Positions 38,976 through 51,990 of a stretch of 64,000 bases of DNA are shown here, in pieces. Origin of the DNA: Marsupella aquatica (taxonomy: Eukaryota; Plantae; Marchantiophyta); the NCBI GenBank assembly GCA_973895155.1, contig OZ316892.1:26063233-26127232 (forward strand), in the 5' to 3' direction. The stretch's first letter is position 1. Every line of letters starts with the position of its first letter. Under the pieces are notes generated by a model. That model was given only the letters and a program-made list of their open reading frames with translations, was not told the origin of the DNA and did not search any database. The position numbers were made by a program, and so were the translations under genes.

Positions 38976-41800
38976 TGTCATACCAGGGTCACAAAGGATT
39001 GACAAAACTTCTGAAATGTGCATGCAAGGTCTAAGTACACCATACACAAGTAGTTTCAACTCTCCACTTCTAGAGAGGTAGTCACCTTGACTACTTTTGC
39101 ACTCCCACTCTTTCTCTCTCCTCTACTCCAAGGATTAGCAAGGGGGACATCCACTCCAAGCTGTCACCTTAGAGTAGACCCTAAAACAAACACCCAAGAA
39201 CCCCAAGTACTTTTCTCTTCAAGCTTAAGTCCCCTCAAGAACCTCAAGGTAGTGTTACCCCTTAACCTTGCCCCCCTGGCCTTGGTTTGGGTCCACACGC
39301 CCCCTTGAGCTCTAGAAAAACTCTTCTTGCATGCAAAGAACTCTTCCTCTTGGTTCTCACACAAAGCAAGGTACTTTCCACCCTCAAGATACAATCCTCT
39401 CTAAACCCCAAAGTAGTGCTCCACCTTAACCTTGCCTCCCTGGCCTTGGTTGTGTACCAGCACATCCCCTTCACGATTAGACCAAGATTGCATCCTAGCA
39501 TGGACTCTTCTCTTGCTCTCAAACACTTCACATTTAGTCACACTTAGTGGTCACAATGAAGATTGGAAGAATCCTTTTATTGTATACTCAATCCTTACAT
39601 AAAAGGTCACTACACACTCTCCACACTAAGCATGGACCTCCTTCCCCTTCTCAATCTTAGCCCCAACTTGCAAGGTAGAGCTTACACTTAAGAATGAGAC
39701 TTCTGGTCCTCAACAAATGAAATCTTCCACCTTATATACTATTCTCCTTTCACACCACACCAAGCTTGACCTGGGGTCCAACTATACCTCCCCCAAGTCC
39801 TCCTAACACACCAAGTCCAAACTATAGTTCATAGCTCACTCTACAACCTATTGCTTGACTCCTTTCAAGCCCTGGAATATGCCACACATGAGTTGCATGA
39901 TTTGACCTCCAAACCTGCTCCCACTTATGGTCCTCTTCATCAGCTTTCCAACGCACTTGAAAGCTCGCAAAAAGAGTACTTGAGTCCAAAGTTATGCCTA
40001 GTCAAAGTTGGCCTTATTTGACTTGTACCCCTTATACTACCCTAAGCAAACTACCCTCTATACTCACTTCTATTAACTTGATGGCCGTGCACCTTCGACC
40101 AAAGGTAAGTACCCTTCCCTAGAGCCTTACTAAAGTGGTATGGGTACCCAAAGTGTTTGGCCCTACATCTGGTATTCATTCCCCCTTGGCAGCTCCCGTT
40201 TGCAAGCTAGCGGGACCCCCCATGACGATGGTTTAAAATATCTCTGGGTATTTCTTTTCCTGGGTTTCTACCTTCACTCAACGATGCTTTACCTTCCCTT
40301 GAATTGGCACAAAACATATGGGCCCCAACGGATGCCCCTAGCTCAAGTTATGGCATTTACCCTCTCTCAATCCCTTATGTGAAAAAGGGTTCTGAATTAC
40401 ACAGCCATAGGTCCCGGTTTACACTTATGTGTATACCAGGTGTCGACCTGAGAAAATTTCTCATAAGGTCCAGTCTTTCCAGAAGCTATAGAGCTTAGCA
40501 TCATGCCTGATTGTGCAGCTGATTTGAGGATGATTTCTTGACTAATTGCTTGACTAATTTTTGCAGTAGCTTCTCCTCTGATTTATGACTGAGTCCCTTC
40601 TAATTGTTGGGCTGGATTGTGATTGATTTGCTCAGGAGTAGCCATAGCTCACAACTGCTGTAAATTGCAGCAGCTGGTCAATTCTCAGCACATGGATTCT
40701 CAATTGCCAGCCATTCTCTTTTGAATTTACTCAGCACAAGCTTACCTACCCGCAGATTGAATCAACCAATAGAGTGAATCAGCCAGCAACATCCATGTTT
40801 TTCTTGGCAGCAAGCTCTATAGCCTATGTAGTGCCTGCCTTTTCTCAATTTGTCAGCATCCAGGCAGAGATCACGTTTACTAGACAGTTGCTGCATCAAT
40901 TTCACATTGCCTAAGTTAGCCGATCTCGTGCTGGAGCAACAATAGCCCACCATAAATTTTCCACCATGTGATTTCATAGTCTAATCACTCAACTCGCAGC
41001 CGCCCTCGTGCTTAGACTCCTTCCTGCCTCGTGCTAGCCTCGTCGCAGCCGCGTCGTCGCCTTTCCACACTTAGAAAAAATTTGGTTCTCTCGCGGGAGA
41101 AAACTTTGTACTATCCCTTTTTAAAGCCATGCCAAAAATCACCCATAGGTCTAAAATAACTTCTGAACATAGTTATGGGATCCTTGGACATAGGACTCCC
41201 TCCTGAATTTGTCAAACGCACTAAATACCCCGCACTGACTTTTCTAAAAATACCTAAGTTTGCCCATATCTATAGGTTGCATTACTTTTCCCAATCTTTG
41301 AGGTGCTCCCAAAAACTAACCAAAGTTGATAAACTATTTCTTAGACTTTCAAGTGATATTATGGGCTATACTATACCCAATTTTAACCTCGAACCAAAAA
41401 TATCTACCCCTTGGCTAATTTCTCCGGGACCCGCTAGATGGTTATTTTAAGTTCAGCCAAAATACTCACAATTCCTAGGTTGAGACCCTACTTCACTTCA
41501 TAATTTTTCAGGGTTCCTTAGGGACCTCCCCGCACCCATGGGAGAAATATTAGCCAAAAATGAGATGTCAGGTGTTGGGTCATTTTCCGGTCCCGACTTA
41601 GTCGCCTATCCTAACTAAGGAAAGAATATTTGCTGCCCTACCATAAAGACCTCACTTATCCCTTTACATCTTTTTAGAACAACATATTTTTCCCTTCCAT
41701 GATTCCCTACTATCCTTCCTTAGTGATAAGTACTTTACTAATGCTAAAATGTATTTCTTATTATCCTTGTACAAAAAGCAAAAAAATGATGAGTTTCTTA
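38976..41800. mobile_element. Putative ~2.8-kb TE/LTR-like insertion (3' boundary uncertain)
   Basis: It starts TGTCATACC (LTR-like), has an internal ~146-bp duplication and no coding signal. It separates two blocks of the same short repeat, 'gacattcatgtca.ggtatt' (38808 and 41962). No TSD was found. Confidence 0.4.
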
Positions 41801-43023
41801 CATACCATATTTTGAGCTAGTCCACAGGCATTCATGCCATGGTATTCAGGCAATGCACAAGAACAATGAGACATTGATGCTATTCAAAAAATGCACAAGA
41901 ACAGGAAGAACACGAAGACATTGATGCCATGGTATTCAAACCATGTAGAAGATTCTTTTGGGACATTCATGTCAGGGTATTGAGGCAATGCACAAGAACA
42001 GGGAGACATTCCTAAACAATTCAATCCACATAGCTAAAACATTCAAAAAAATTCATTCATTCAAGAAATTATACTAGAATGCAAACATTTCACAATCAAA
42101 TTGGTATTCTAAATACAGAAAAGCAAAAGCCATTACCACCATGACATTACAGTCGCTGTCGCCTTAGTTCACTAGGTGCTTGTGCGGATCTACTGCTGCC
42201 AGCAAACATCTCACATAACAGGATGAATTGAATGAGATATAAAGACAGTGCAATCATATTTCTATTGCATATCGTGCGACCCTCTCAAGAATAATTCAAG
42301 CTAGGCAGAGCAATTGCAATTTTTTGAATTTACACAGAGAAGATTTTAGTGGTTTTGACACATTAGAGTCTAAACCTTTCAAGCCTTTGAGCTTCACCTT
42401 CATCCTATATAATAGCTCTATGCTGCTCTAGGAGGCAGCTCGATCCTACAGTGATGTAAAGGTATTCAAAACATGCACAAGAATTGAAAGGCACCCATGT
42501 GAACTATTGAGAACAATCATGCAAACAAAACGAAAGGCATCAATGCAAACAGATTTGGAACACACCTGTTGAAGATGAAGTAGGTGTAAAACTCGACCGC
42601 AATTCAATGTGGAAGACCATGAGCGCTCAGACATCATCTATGGCAAGCAAACAGAACTGAATCATGATCAGATCAGACGTGGAAGGTGATCGATGTGCTA
42701 AACCTCCCCCTTCAAAAATTGTCTCCTCAGCCTCTACCGATGAGTCATACAAAGGAGAGGCATTGTTCAGCACATAAAGAAGGCAAGAGGATTGAACCGG
42801 CAGCACATAACCAACACTTCCTCAACTCTTCCTGCCATAGGTTTTCATTGCCTCATCGACCGCGGTAATGTCCAATGTGAGTGTAGCAGCGCCAGCAGCC
42901 TTGAAGCTCTTGAGTTGTAACACATCACCATGAAGAAGAGCTCCCAATAGCTCACATAACCTTGTCACCATGAACAAGAGCTAGGGCTAGCTCACTGTCG
43001 AAGCCAGACAAACAGACGATGAT

Positions 43024-43498
43024 CCCGGGTACGCAACTCTTATATAATAGACAGGGGTCTACATTTTTATATGGACTAAAAAGTTGGCTATACAAAATAA
43101 TTAAAATTTGAAAAAACCTGGGGTTTTCCACGTTTAAAAATTTTCAAGTCATATAAAAGGTTTGGTTTTCTTCTTTTTCCATATGAAATTAAAAAATATT
43201 CCTATACATGTTGTAATTTTTATTAAAATATTTTTAAAATTTTAATAAAAATCCTAAAAAGCTGGCTAGTTTGGCTGTAGACCCCTGTATAAAAAAAACC
43301 CATATAATTTGGTTTTGATCAACTTTTTTACATCAAATCATGTTTGTTTGTTTTTTTAAGTTACATTTTTGGATTCATTGAGTTGAGAGGTACAAGACTT
43401 TAGTAGACTAAAATGAAATCTAAGATGGTCAATTGGATATAAGGCCATTATAAGGAATTAAAAACTTGCCTTATAAAAAGGGGAGTTGCATACCCGGG
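43024..43498. mobile_element. Non-autonomous TIR element with 8-bp TSD (hAT-like)
   Basis: TIR CCCGGGTA(C/T)GCAACTC is at both ends, with a perfect TSD ACGATGAT at 43016-43023 and 43499-43506. The interior is AT-rich. Confidence 0.88.
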
Positions 43499-43609
43499 AC
43501 GATGATTAGGCAGACTTTTGACAAAATGAAAGAGACATAACAGAGTCCAGTCCAAGTGTGTGTACAAAGAATGCCACTCTCGCACTGCCTAGTCGCATTG
43601 CCTCCCAAT

Positions 43610-43946
43610 TGTTAGATATTGCTCTAGTCTTGTGACTCATGAGCTAACTAAAGTTAGGCTAACTCGGGTTAGGACTTAGCTAATGTTAGCGGTAGTGCTA
43701 TTGTGCATATAGCCAGGGCTGATGCCAGACCCTGGTGAAACTTAGGCTCATTGTTACGGAGCTAGTTGAGAGATAGGGAGAGCTTGTGCTATGGGTATGG
43801 CCGGTCGGCCTAGAGTGCAGTAAAGCTCTTGTGTGTTCCCGTGGACGTAGCCTCATGTGGAGGTGAACCACATATCTCTCTGTGTCGACTATTATGCGTT
43901 GGATGGTTCATGGGCTTGCCGTTACGAATGTCGTCCATGCTCAACA
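43610..43946 (+). mobile_element. Solo LTR, Copia-type
   Basis: Termini are TGTTAG...TCAACA and flanks are ccaat/ccaac (4 of 5 TSD match). It carries the internal motif cccgtggacgtagcc...ggtgaaccac typical of plant Copia LTRs. Confidence 0.75.
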
Positions 43947-45214
43947 CCAACTTCTGAATCCCTCAGGACGCCATCACCGCGGCCCCTACGAAGAAAAGCT
44001 CACATCATACAACAAAACAACGCACTGCGAGACAATGCTGCCACGTTAAACCAAACCTAAACTAAAAAAGAAGTCGTGAATACATAATCCACAATGTCTT
44101 CTTTGGATGACATTTCCGGATTGCGTTAGTAACCCTAAACTGCATTTTGCGCTCCGACTGTGCTCCGACTGCAACCACGACGACATGGTAAACCACGCCA
44201 CAAAACTGTGTTACGATGTGGCCCCCCAGGGTGAGATAGCTATGCAGTTTTTTGGTTTAGAAAAACCCAACCTAAGGAAGGATCATAAAGAGGGGGTAGA
44301 TTAGGGAAAAAAAGTTTGGAGAGGATCGATTAAGTAAAAGTGTTGCAGGAGAGGGACCATTAGGCAAATCCCTCAAAAGGACCTCAAGAAGAAGCAAGGC
44401 AATGGACGAAAGGCTATGGAGTAGACTCACAGACAAACGCCTCTCGCTTCCGTTTGTAAGTTCGTTCTCTACGACATTTAACTGTTTCTTTCTCCCTGCC
44501 TCACTTTTCCACACTTCGTACCTTCCATTTTCCGCCGTGCCGCTCGATCGCATCGCAATGATTATGTGTTCTCGAGGATTCGAGGAGCAGCAGGTGTAAC
44601 GTTTCAGACTCCAGGCTTCATTCATCACTGGCGTTTGAAGAAGCATTGGATCGATGAAATTGTCAAGTCCACTGATCCCTGATTAACTTCTTGAATTGAT
44701 CGACCACCTGCTGGCAGTGATAGTTTTAGGCATTGCGAGGAGGCTGGAATCCGAACCTCTGCACGAGCAGCTCCGCTCTCCAGGTTTATACTTCTCTGCA
44801 TTTACTATAGGTTCTTAATTCCCCAAGATGTTCAAATCTTGATGGCAATTGAGTTTGCAAAATACTGTGAATAAGTTACATAATCCATAAGATCGAGGCA
44901 CTTGGTTGACGCAAGTAATTAAGAGCCCAAATCCAAGCGACGAGCCATCCGAATGCGAACCTGTGGACGTCATCTTGAATGAATGTGTCGATCTTGAATA
45001 CTCAATTATTGAAATGTATTGAATTCCATCTTGAAATTGATCGACTGCATGGCCCATGGCCCTTCTTCAGCATGATTGTCTTCAATGCGGCTCTCCGTGT
45101 ACCTGCGGTGTCAACAGCTCCAACGTGCCATTTTAGGCGTTCGGCAGACCACCTCCCGAGGTGAGGAGAGAGCTGGGGTGCAGGAGGACCAGAAATTAGA
45201 ACGCATAGGTACTG

Positions 45215-45822
45215 TACAGGTCGAATTAGAGGTTCTAGTGGAGACCGACTTCGCAATTTCTTCTCTGGCATGTGCCGGGGTCACTGCAGCTCTCTTCAAG
45301 AAGAGCGTCCGAGCTGACCCGCCCGGGCGGCCGCATTGCTTTCGCCATTCCCTTTCATCGTTTCGTGGAAGGGTAGTCTCAGTGATAAGATCTCGGTGGA
45401 GGGATCATGTTTTGAATCCATCTCATTGCATTGCTCAGAGAGAGGCCGAGGCCTCTCTCGTAGCATGAGCACTAGACTACGGTAAAGTCTTTCTGGACAA
45501 CTCAAGAAGTTCAGCAGCAAAACTCTGGGGGTGACAGCCCATTCGTGAGCAAGCATGCGAGTTGCTTAATTATATTGGCTGTACCTGCACTACATGGTTT
45601 AAAAATGTAGCCCCCTCTTCAGCTGAGGAGGGTTTTGATCCGATCCAATCATTGTCCTGAGAGTCCTTAACAATCGCAAGAATGGTGGTCCTGAGGAAAT
45701 GACCTCCTACTGCAATGGCTTATCCTTCTTATTCGTCAACTTTACTGGATTGTACGTAATCACATTTCGGTCTGCCACAGGAGGCGCGCCATTGGTTTCA
45801 TGTCTGGGTGCACCTACATCTT
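45215..45822 (+). pseudogene. Diverged duplicate of the LRR-RLK 5' leader and first ~50 codons
   Basis: Collinear blocks are shared with 59737-60360, including aattagaggtt, ctcagtgat.agatc.c.gtggaggg, ctacggtaaagt, gttcagcagcaaaac..tgggggtgacag, atgcgagttgct, gatccaatcat and ggtttcatgtctgg. Confidence 0.85.
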
Positions 45823-46645
45823 GAATTGGTTTTATTTGTTTGTGACGATACGGGAGTAACATTCTGAATTAAAGGACACGACAGATTGAGATGAAGGTAG
45901 TCTAATTTCGTTTCTGAAGAATCTTCGGGATGAAGGGTCAATTCCCGAGGGCGGTATCGCTAACATCATTCATATGTACGTAATCGTGGAGGGATTCTGA
46001 TCTATTTTTGGATCCGAGGGGGTTCGAAGATTTGCTTGCTGAAGAAAATCATTTGTTGGGCTGGACGGGGTCTGCCTTTTCGGCCCGGAAAATGCAGCTT
46101 CATTGCATAACATGAATAGCATAGAGATCGGGTAGCGCTGGAAGGGGTTCTACCGCTGTCGTCCTGCTCTTACTCGAGCTCTCCGTTCATGAAAGATAGA
46201 CGATATTGGTCTTTACATAGTAGGGATATTTTGAATGCTCCACGAAAGACACAAACCTACTGTACAATTTTCGTCATGTGTGTACTCTAGTTTAGCGCTT
46301 ACCTTGACGGTTGATGTGCGAGTGATTAGGGTCCTGCTGGGGAGAATTATGGTACCACAGTTCGGGCGTTAAAGCTAGAGATTGGTAGTGAGAGGAATGA
46401 ATCTACTTTCTTGACTTGTGCCAATTCTTCCCAACTTCCCAAATTTCCTGTCGCCTATTGAATGTTGTTGTGTAAGCCTTGAAAAGAAAAGAGAGTACGG
46501 AGAATCATGAGCTCGAGCAGACTAGATCATGTGCATAACTTCATCAACAATGTTCGTGCAGGTACAACAACTTTGCCACAATCCTGTGAGGACTGCTCCG
46601 TTCTTAACTTCCTCAAAGAAAGAACCTGGAGCCTGCTGAACTACG

Positions 46646-49600
46646 ATGGAGAAGACAAGAAAAAGGAAAGCGCTGTGGTGGGGCGCGTGGATGCGGCTTG
46701 TGGAGGAGGAGCAAGAGGCACAGCAGGAGGCGGAGGAAGACGAGAGGCAGACTTGTGTGGAGAGGGAGCAATTCGAGGATGATCATTACAGGCGGTTGTA
46801 CGCATTGACGGCATATTTCAGGCATTTGCAGGATGAGTATGCCGATGTGGATGAGGTCGAGCGATGCCGCCTCAAGCGTGCTCGCGTGTCAGCTTGCTCC
46901 ATCGGCGCCGCTGTTGCCACCCAGCAGAGTGTGCAACGCCGACTTTGGGTCAAGAACCGCTCACAGGCTTGGTACGTAGTTCAGACACTCGAACTCGATC
47001 TATCACTTGAACAACCTTGATTTGTAAGACTAAGTGAATTGGGGAATTGCATTGAATTGCACCATAAAAAATATCCAGAAATGAGGAGACGACAACTTGG
47101 TATTATGTCCCAGTTGACAATTCAAACACTGCTGAATTTACGACAACAGAGGTTATGCCCGTGCATCACCAGACCTGCATTCTTTCGTAGCTGCCTCAAT
47201 AATGCAACATTTGCGGTGGCCTGTGAAGTGTCAAGATCATTCTTGACTACCACCCGGCTGTGAGGATAAGTGATCAATTTAGATGAATTCGTATCTTCCT
47301 CAATGCAACATTTGCAGTGGGCTATTAAGTGTCGAGATCATTCTTGAATTCCACCCGGCTGTGAGGATAAGTGATCAATTTAGGGAAATTCATTCCATTG
47401 CACCACAGTTCTTGACTCCAGACATGATGACTGCTTCGTATATCAGTTTTGTACGTCAATAGCAATGGAATTCTCCGTAAGAGAGGTCGTGCCAGTCTTT
47501 CAATAGACCTGGAAGCTACGCGAGTCTTTCTTGATCTCCTAAATGTTTTCATTTCCTTTTATGTCTCTGCTTGCCTGGCTGGCAGACAGCATTCTACAAT
47601 TTGGGTTTTTCTCTGTACGGTTGCGATATAACTGATATTCTGACCCATTCGTTTTGTTCTGGGTTGGTTCTTGCAAATCCTTCGGTTCAACTCTGTTCCA
47701 AATTATCAATTGGAATCAAGGAATTTTGTGTGCGACTCTATCCTTGTGACCGAGGCACTTTTCAGCTTGTTTCGTAGTTTGTCCGGCTCATTATTTCTTG
47801 AATCCAGAAGTACACGCTCCATCTCTAGACGGAGAGTAGGGAGGCAAGGAGGGCAAAGTGTCCGACATAGTCCGACTAAGTTGATTCTTTAGGTAATTTC
47901 GCTTCTTTTTTATTGTAATCTAGCGTTTTAGAAATCCCAAGAGATTCAAGAGAAGTTACTAGCAGTCAGAATCTTTCTTTTCTAGTGTAATGAATGTCTA
48001 GCAGGTGAACTCTAACTCAAGCGAGTCGGGCAGCCCCTTGGGATGTCATGAAAGACTTAGGTAGCTGCAAAGCAGTAGAAGGTCGTAAGAAGGAAACCGT
48101 GGCAAACCATGTTGGACACACATGATTTTAGTTTGCCCAGAAGTGCCCATGCATGTAGCAGCCAAATACCTTCAGGACAAACTTAGACGAATTATGTCGG
48201 ACACCAATGAAAGAGTTAACAGTTTTGTGAGGGTACTGGTTAGAAGCTGTCCTCAAACTCTCATGATTGAAATGGTCGCATCGCACCACGATGCGGTCAT
48301 TCATCCATCCCAACTTCAAGATCATTCTCAAGTACTTTGCGATCCAATCCCCTCAAACACATCTGTAGCAGAGTAGCTGTCAGATTCCCACCAGAGGTTC
48401 ACCCACATTGGATCTGTATCCTGAAGATACTCCCTCATTGCCTCACAAAGAGGGAAATGGCTAAAGAGCGTGTTTCTTGAGGATGTTGTTTCTAGAGTGG
48501 TTGGCATGGCTCGAAAGTTGGATTTAAGCTGAATCTCATCACCGAGCCGTACTGTCTTCAAATGCAGCGACGCAAAAGAAAAACTGGGAATAAGGAAATA
48601 TTACCGAGAAGAAAGGTTCGGATGATTAGGTTGAATGTAGGTCTCTCGAACGGTGGATAGCAAAAGTCATTGAGTACTGTAGCGTTTCTCCACGCTTCAT
48701 GTGATTTCTGTAAATTAAAACAATCGCTAATTTTCTCGTTATTGCTTGCCTGTTTGGTAGTCTCCAACTAATGATAAAGATAACCACGCCCCCAACTGCC
48801 ACAACTCATGGAGGAGGCTTAGTTTGAGCAGGTGGGAACGTTGCAACCATCCTGGATTTCCTGATTCCGAGTTTCACCGAGCTTTCCGCATGAGTCGGCC
48901 CACATTTGAGCGGATATGCGAGGAGTTGCAGTCCATCGTTGCTAAAGAAGATACCATGCTGAGAGCTGCAATTCCTGTAAAGCAGAGAGTGGCAGTCTGC
49001 ATCTGGAGGTTAGCAACTGGGGAGCCTCTCAGACTGGTATCAAAACGCTTTGGGCTGGGAATTTCCACTTGCCACAAACTGATTCTTGAAGTATGTGCTG
49101 CAATTAACGATGTGCTACTCCCGAAGTATGTACAATGGCCAGCGCCGGAGCGCATGCAGGAGGTGATGGATGAGTTTGAGTCCATCTCTGGAGTGCAAAA
49201 AGTTCTTGGAGCAATGTACACTACCCACATTCCCATCATAGCTCCCAAGATCAATGTGGCGGCATACTTCAACAAAAGACATACCGACCGAAACCAGAAA
49301 ACGTCCTACTCCATCACGTTGCAGGTATTTTGCTTCAAGTCAAACATATGAAAGGAAAAGGTTAGGATTCAAATGTTTTGATCACGCCCGTGAAAGAACT
49401 GTTCTCTCGTACAGTATAGATGTCTGTCGAGTAGTACTCTGTGCCAAATTTATGTAAGAAGTACACCTCCGTCCACAAAGCCTTTCTCATTTCTAAAAAT
49501 AATTCTCATGGTGTGAAGCTATACGTTTTAGAAGAATTGGGTTAGCTGAAAGCCGACTGTATGTATGGTTTCGTCTTGCTTTACGAGTACACAAACAAAA

Positions 49601-50377
49601 TTAACCGTTGCGTTCAAGAAATTTTCTACGATATGATATTACCTTCCGGACCTAGCCTTACCAATGAGAATGGCTTGGGTAGATGGAGAGTGTAACTAAT
49701 GACGAAGCTTAGAAATATGGTCAAAGGCATTTGTATTTCATTGTAGGCTGTCTGTCCAGTAATCATCTTGCTGCATCCGTGTCTGTTGAATAATTAACAA
49801 TCGCCGTTCCCTTGAGGCTCCTGTCCCGATCTTAAATCATGTGCAGGGTGTTGTGGACATTCGAGGTTCATTTACTGACGTCTGCATCGGCTGGCCGGGC
49901 TCCATGTCCGATGATCAAGTCTTGGAGAGTTCGGCGTTGTACCAGAAAGGCATGGGAGGCACTCTACTGGGCAGTTGGGTCGTGGGAGGAGAAGGTTACC
50001 CTCTACTCGATTGGCTTCTAGTGCCATATGCCCAGCCGTCCTTGACATGGGCTCAGCACACATTCAACGAGCGATTGATGGACATCCAAAAGGTAGCTAA
50101 GGGAGCTTTCTCGCGTTTGAAAGGACGTTGGTGGTTCTTGCAACGGAGGACTGAGGTGAAGCTTCAGGAACTTCCGGCTGTGCTGGGTGCTTGCTGTGTT
50201 TTACACAATGTGTGTGAGCAGCACGGCGAGGGGTTTGATCCAGCCCTGATGTACGAGGTAGTGGATGATGGCATGTATCCTAATGCACCCCCAATGTCAA
50301 TTGCAGCTCTCGAGGCAAGGGATACCATTTCACAACATCTGCTGCACATTGCGCATCTGAATGCTGAATTCATCTGA
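46646..50377 (+). CDS. ALP1-like / HARBI1-family (DDE_Tnp_4) domesticated Harbinger transposase-derived protein, ~449 aa; exons 46646-46971, 48832-49324, 49847-50377
   Basis: Translates to RRLWVKNRSQAWW..FRMSRPTFE..AIPVKQRVAVCIWRLATGEPLRLVSKRFGLGISTCHK..GWPGSMSD..YPL..RLKGRW..ACCVLHN, resembling the At5g12010-type group. Splice phases are consistent, giving 1350 nt. No TIRs were seen around it. Confidence 0.92.
47203..47385. repeat. Two ~100-bp tandem copies in intron 1 of the ALP1-like gene
   Basis: 'atgcaacatttgc.gtgg....aagtgtc.agatcattcttga..ccacccggctgtgaggataagtgatcaatttag' occurs twice. Confidence 0.85.
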
Positions 50378-50594
50378 TACAATTGTTCGTGGAACTTGAG
50401 CCGCACTGGCATCAAGGGAGACCTGTGCTCACTCTCGAGTTTCATTGGATTGTGTATATCATATGCTACTAAACCCAAAGTCCATGCCTTGCCGAGTGTT
50501 GTCAATACCAACTGATGTTGAGCGGAAGTACGGCCGAACAAAAGTGAGATGGCAAGACTATTGAACAATGTCGGGAGTGGACACATTGGCCTGG

Positions 50595-50727
50595 AAAACT
50601 AGATTTCAAGGAGTGTTTGGATTTCAAGTCTGGATTTCAAGGTGTGTGGAAACTAGATTTCAAGGAGTGTTTAGATTTCAAGACTGGATTTCAAGGACTG
50701 TTTGGATTTCAAGACTGGATTTCAAGG
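50595..50727. repeat. Minisatellite of 't(g/a)gatttcaag' units
   Basis: About 8 copies of gatttcaag with 4-12-nt spacers. Confidence 0.85.
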
Positions 50728-51199
50728 CGGGTGTGAGACGTGGGGAGAGTGATGGGTTGGGCATGGGAGAAGCGCACAATGGCACCTTTCGATCCTTCTC
50801 ATGATTAGTAAAGAAGTCGCCATCTTCCAAAGGGAAAAAAGGCTTTCTGTCAGAGGGACATTGTAAACCGACCATGAAAGAAAGAGGAGGATTGCATGCT
50901 ATAATGTTCAGATTTTTAAGAGGATGAGTAAGCCTCTTTGTTAGCTTTCTTGGAATAGTTGAATATCATCTCGCATCTACACTAGGCAATTGAAGAATAT
51001 GAATTTCTGTGAAAGCTTTTAAAAGTGCGTCAAGTGGGGAGGTTTATTGCTTTGTTGCCTTCGGGATCCTGTTTCCTGGTATTTGAAGAATTATAAATTT
51101 CAGTGTAAGATTCTAAAGCTGGTTCAAGTGGGGAGATTTATTGCTTTCTTGCATGTTCCATGAGGTCTTTTGTTCTTTGCAGTGTTTAATATAGTTCTT

Positions 51200-51990
51200 G
51201 ACTCCAGTTTGTATCAATCTCTCAGAAGCCTTTATGTAGAACGCCTACACGTGAAATAACACTAAAGAAAACTGACCCACTCCAGAAGATGATGGAATGA
51301 CAAGTCAAAAAGTGATTTGCGCTGCGTCAGGTTTCTCATAACATCACAAAGCAAACCAATTCTTTTAGTGGTAAGACTTATTAATTTCTTGCCTCCACTT
51401 TGTGTCTATCTCCCAGAAGCCTTTTATAGAGCGCAACATATGAAATAACACTCAACTAAAGTGACTCACTCTAGAACATGAGGTAATGACAAGTCAAAGT
51501 CAGTTGGACTGCTTCAGGTTTCCCATAAAAACACAAAGCAAACCAAAACAAAGTCACAAAGTGAAGTTCTTTTAGTGGTAAGATTTATTACTTTCTTGCC
51601 TTCACTTTGTGTCTATCTCCCAGTAGCCTTTCTATAGATAGCCAACATGTGAAATAACACTCAAGAAAAGTGACTCAATCTAGAAGATGAGGTGATGACA
51701 AGTCAAAAAATCAGTTGGGCCCCTTGAGGTTTCCCAATAGAAACACAAACCAAAAGAAAGTCAAAAAGTGAAGTTCTTTTTGGTGGGAAGATTTATTACT
51801 GCTTGCCTCCAGTTTGTGTCATTTTCCCAGAAGCCTTTCTTTAGAAAGCCAACATGTGAAATAACACTCGACAAAAGTGACCCACTCTAGAAGATGACGT
51901 ACTGACGTGTCAGAAAGTCAGTTGGGCCGCTTGGGGTTTATAAAAACAAACAAAAAACAAACCAAAAGAAAGTCAAAAAGTAAAGTTTTT
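51200..51990. repeat. ~190-208-bp tandem satellite-like repeat, ~4 copies
   Basis: 'tgaaataacact...ctagaagatga...gtcaaaaa' anchors recur at about 51252, 51441, 51650 and 51857. Confidence 0.9.

Noticed and set aside
46646-50377. Active autonomous Harbinger transposon
   Set aside because: The catalytic residues are substituted, no TIR/TSD or Myb ORF is visible, and it resembles conserved host genes.
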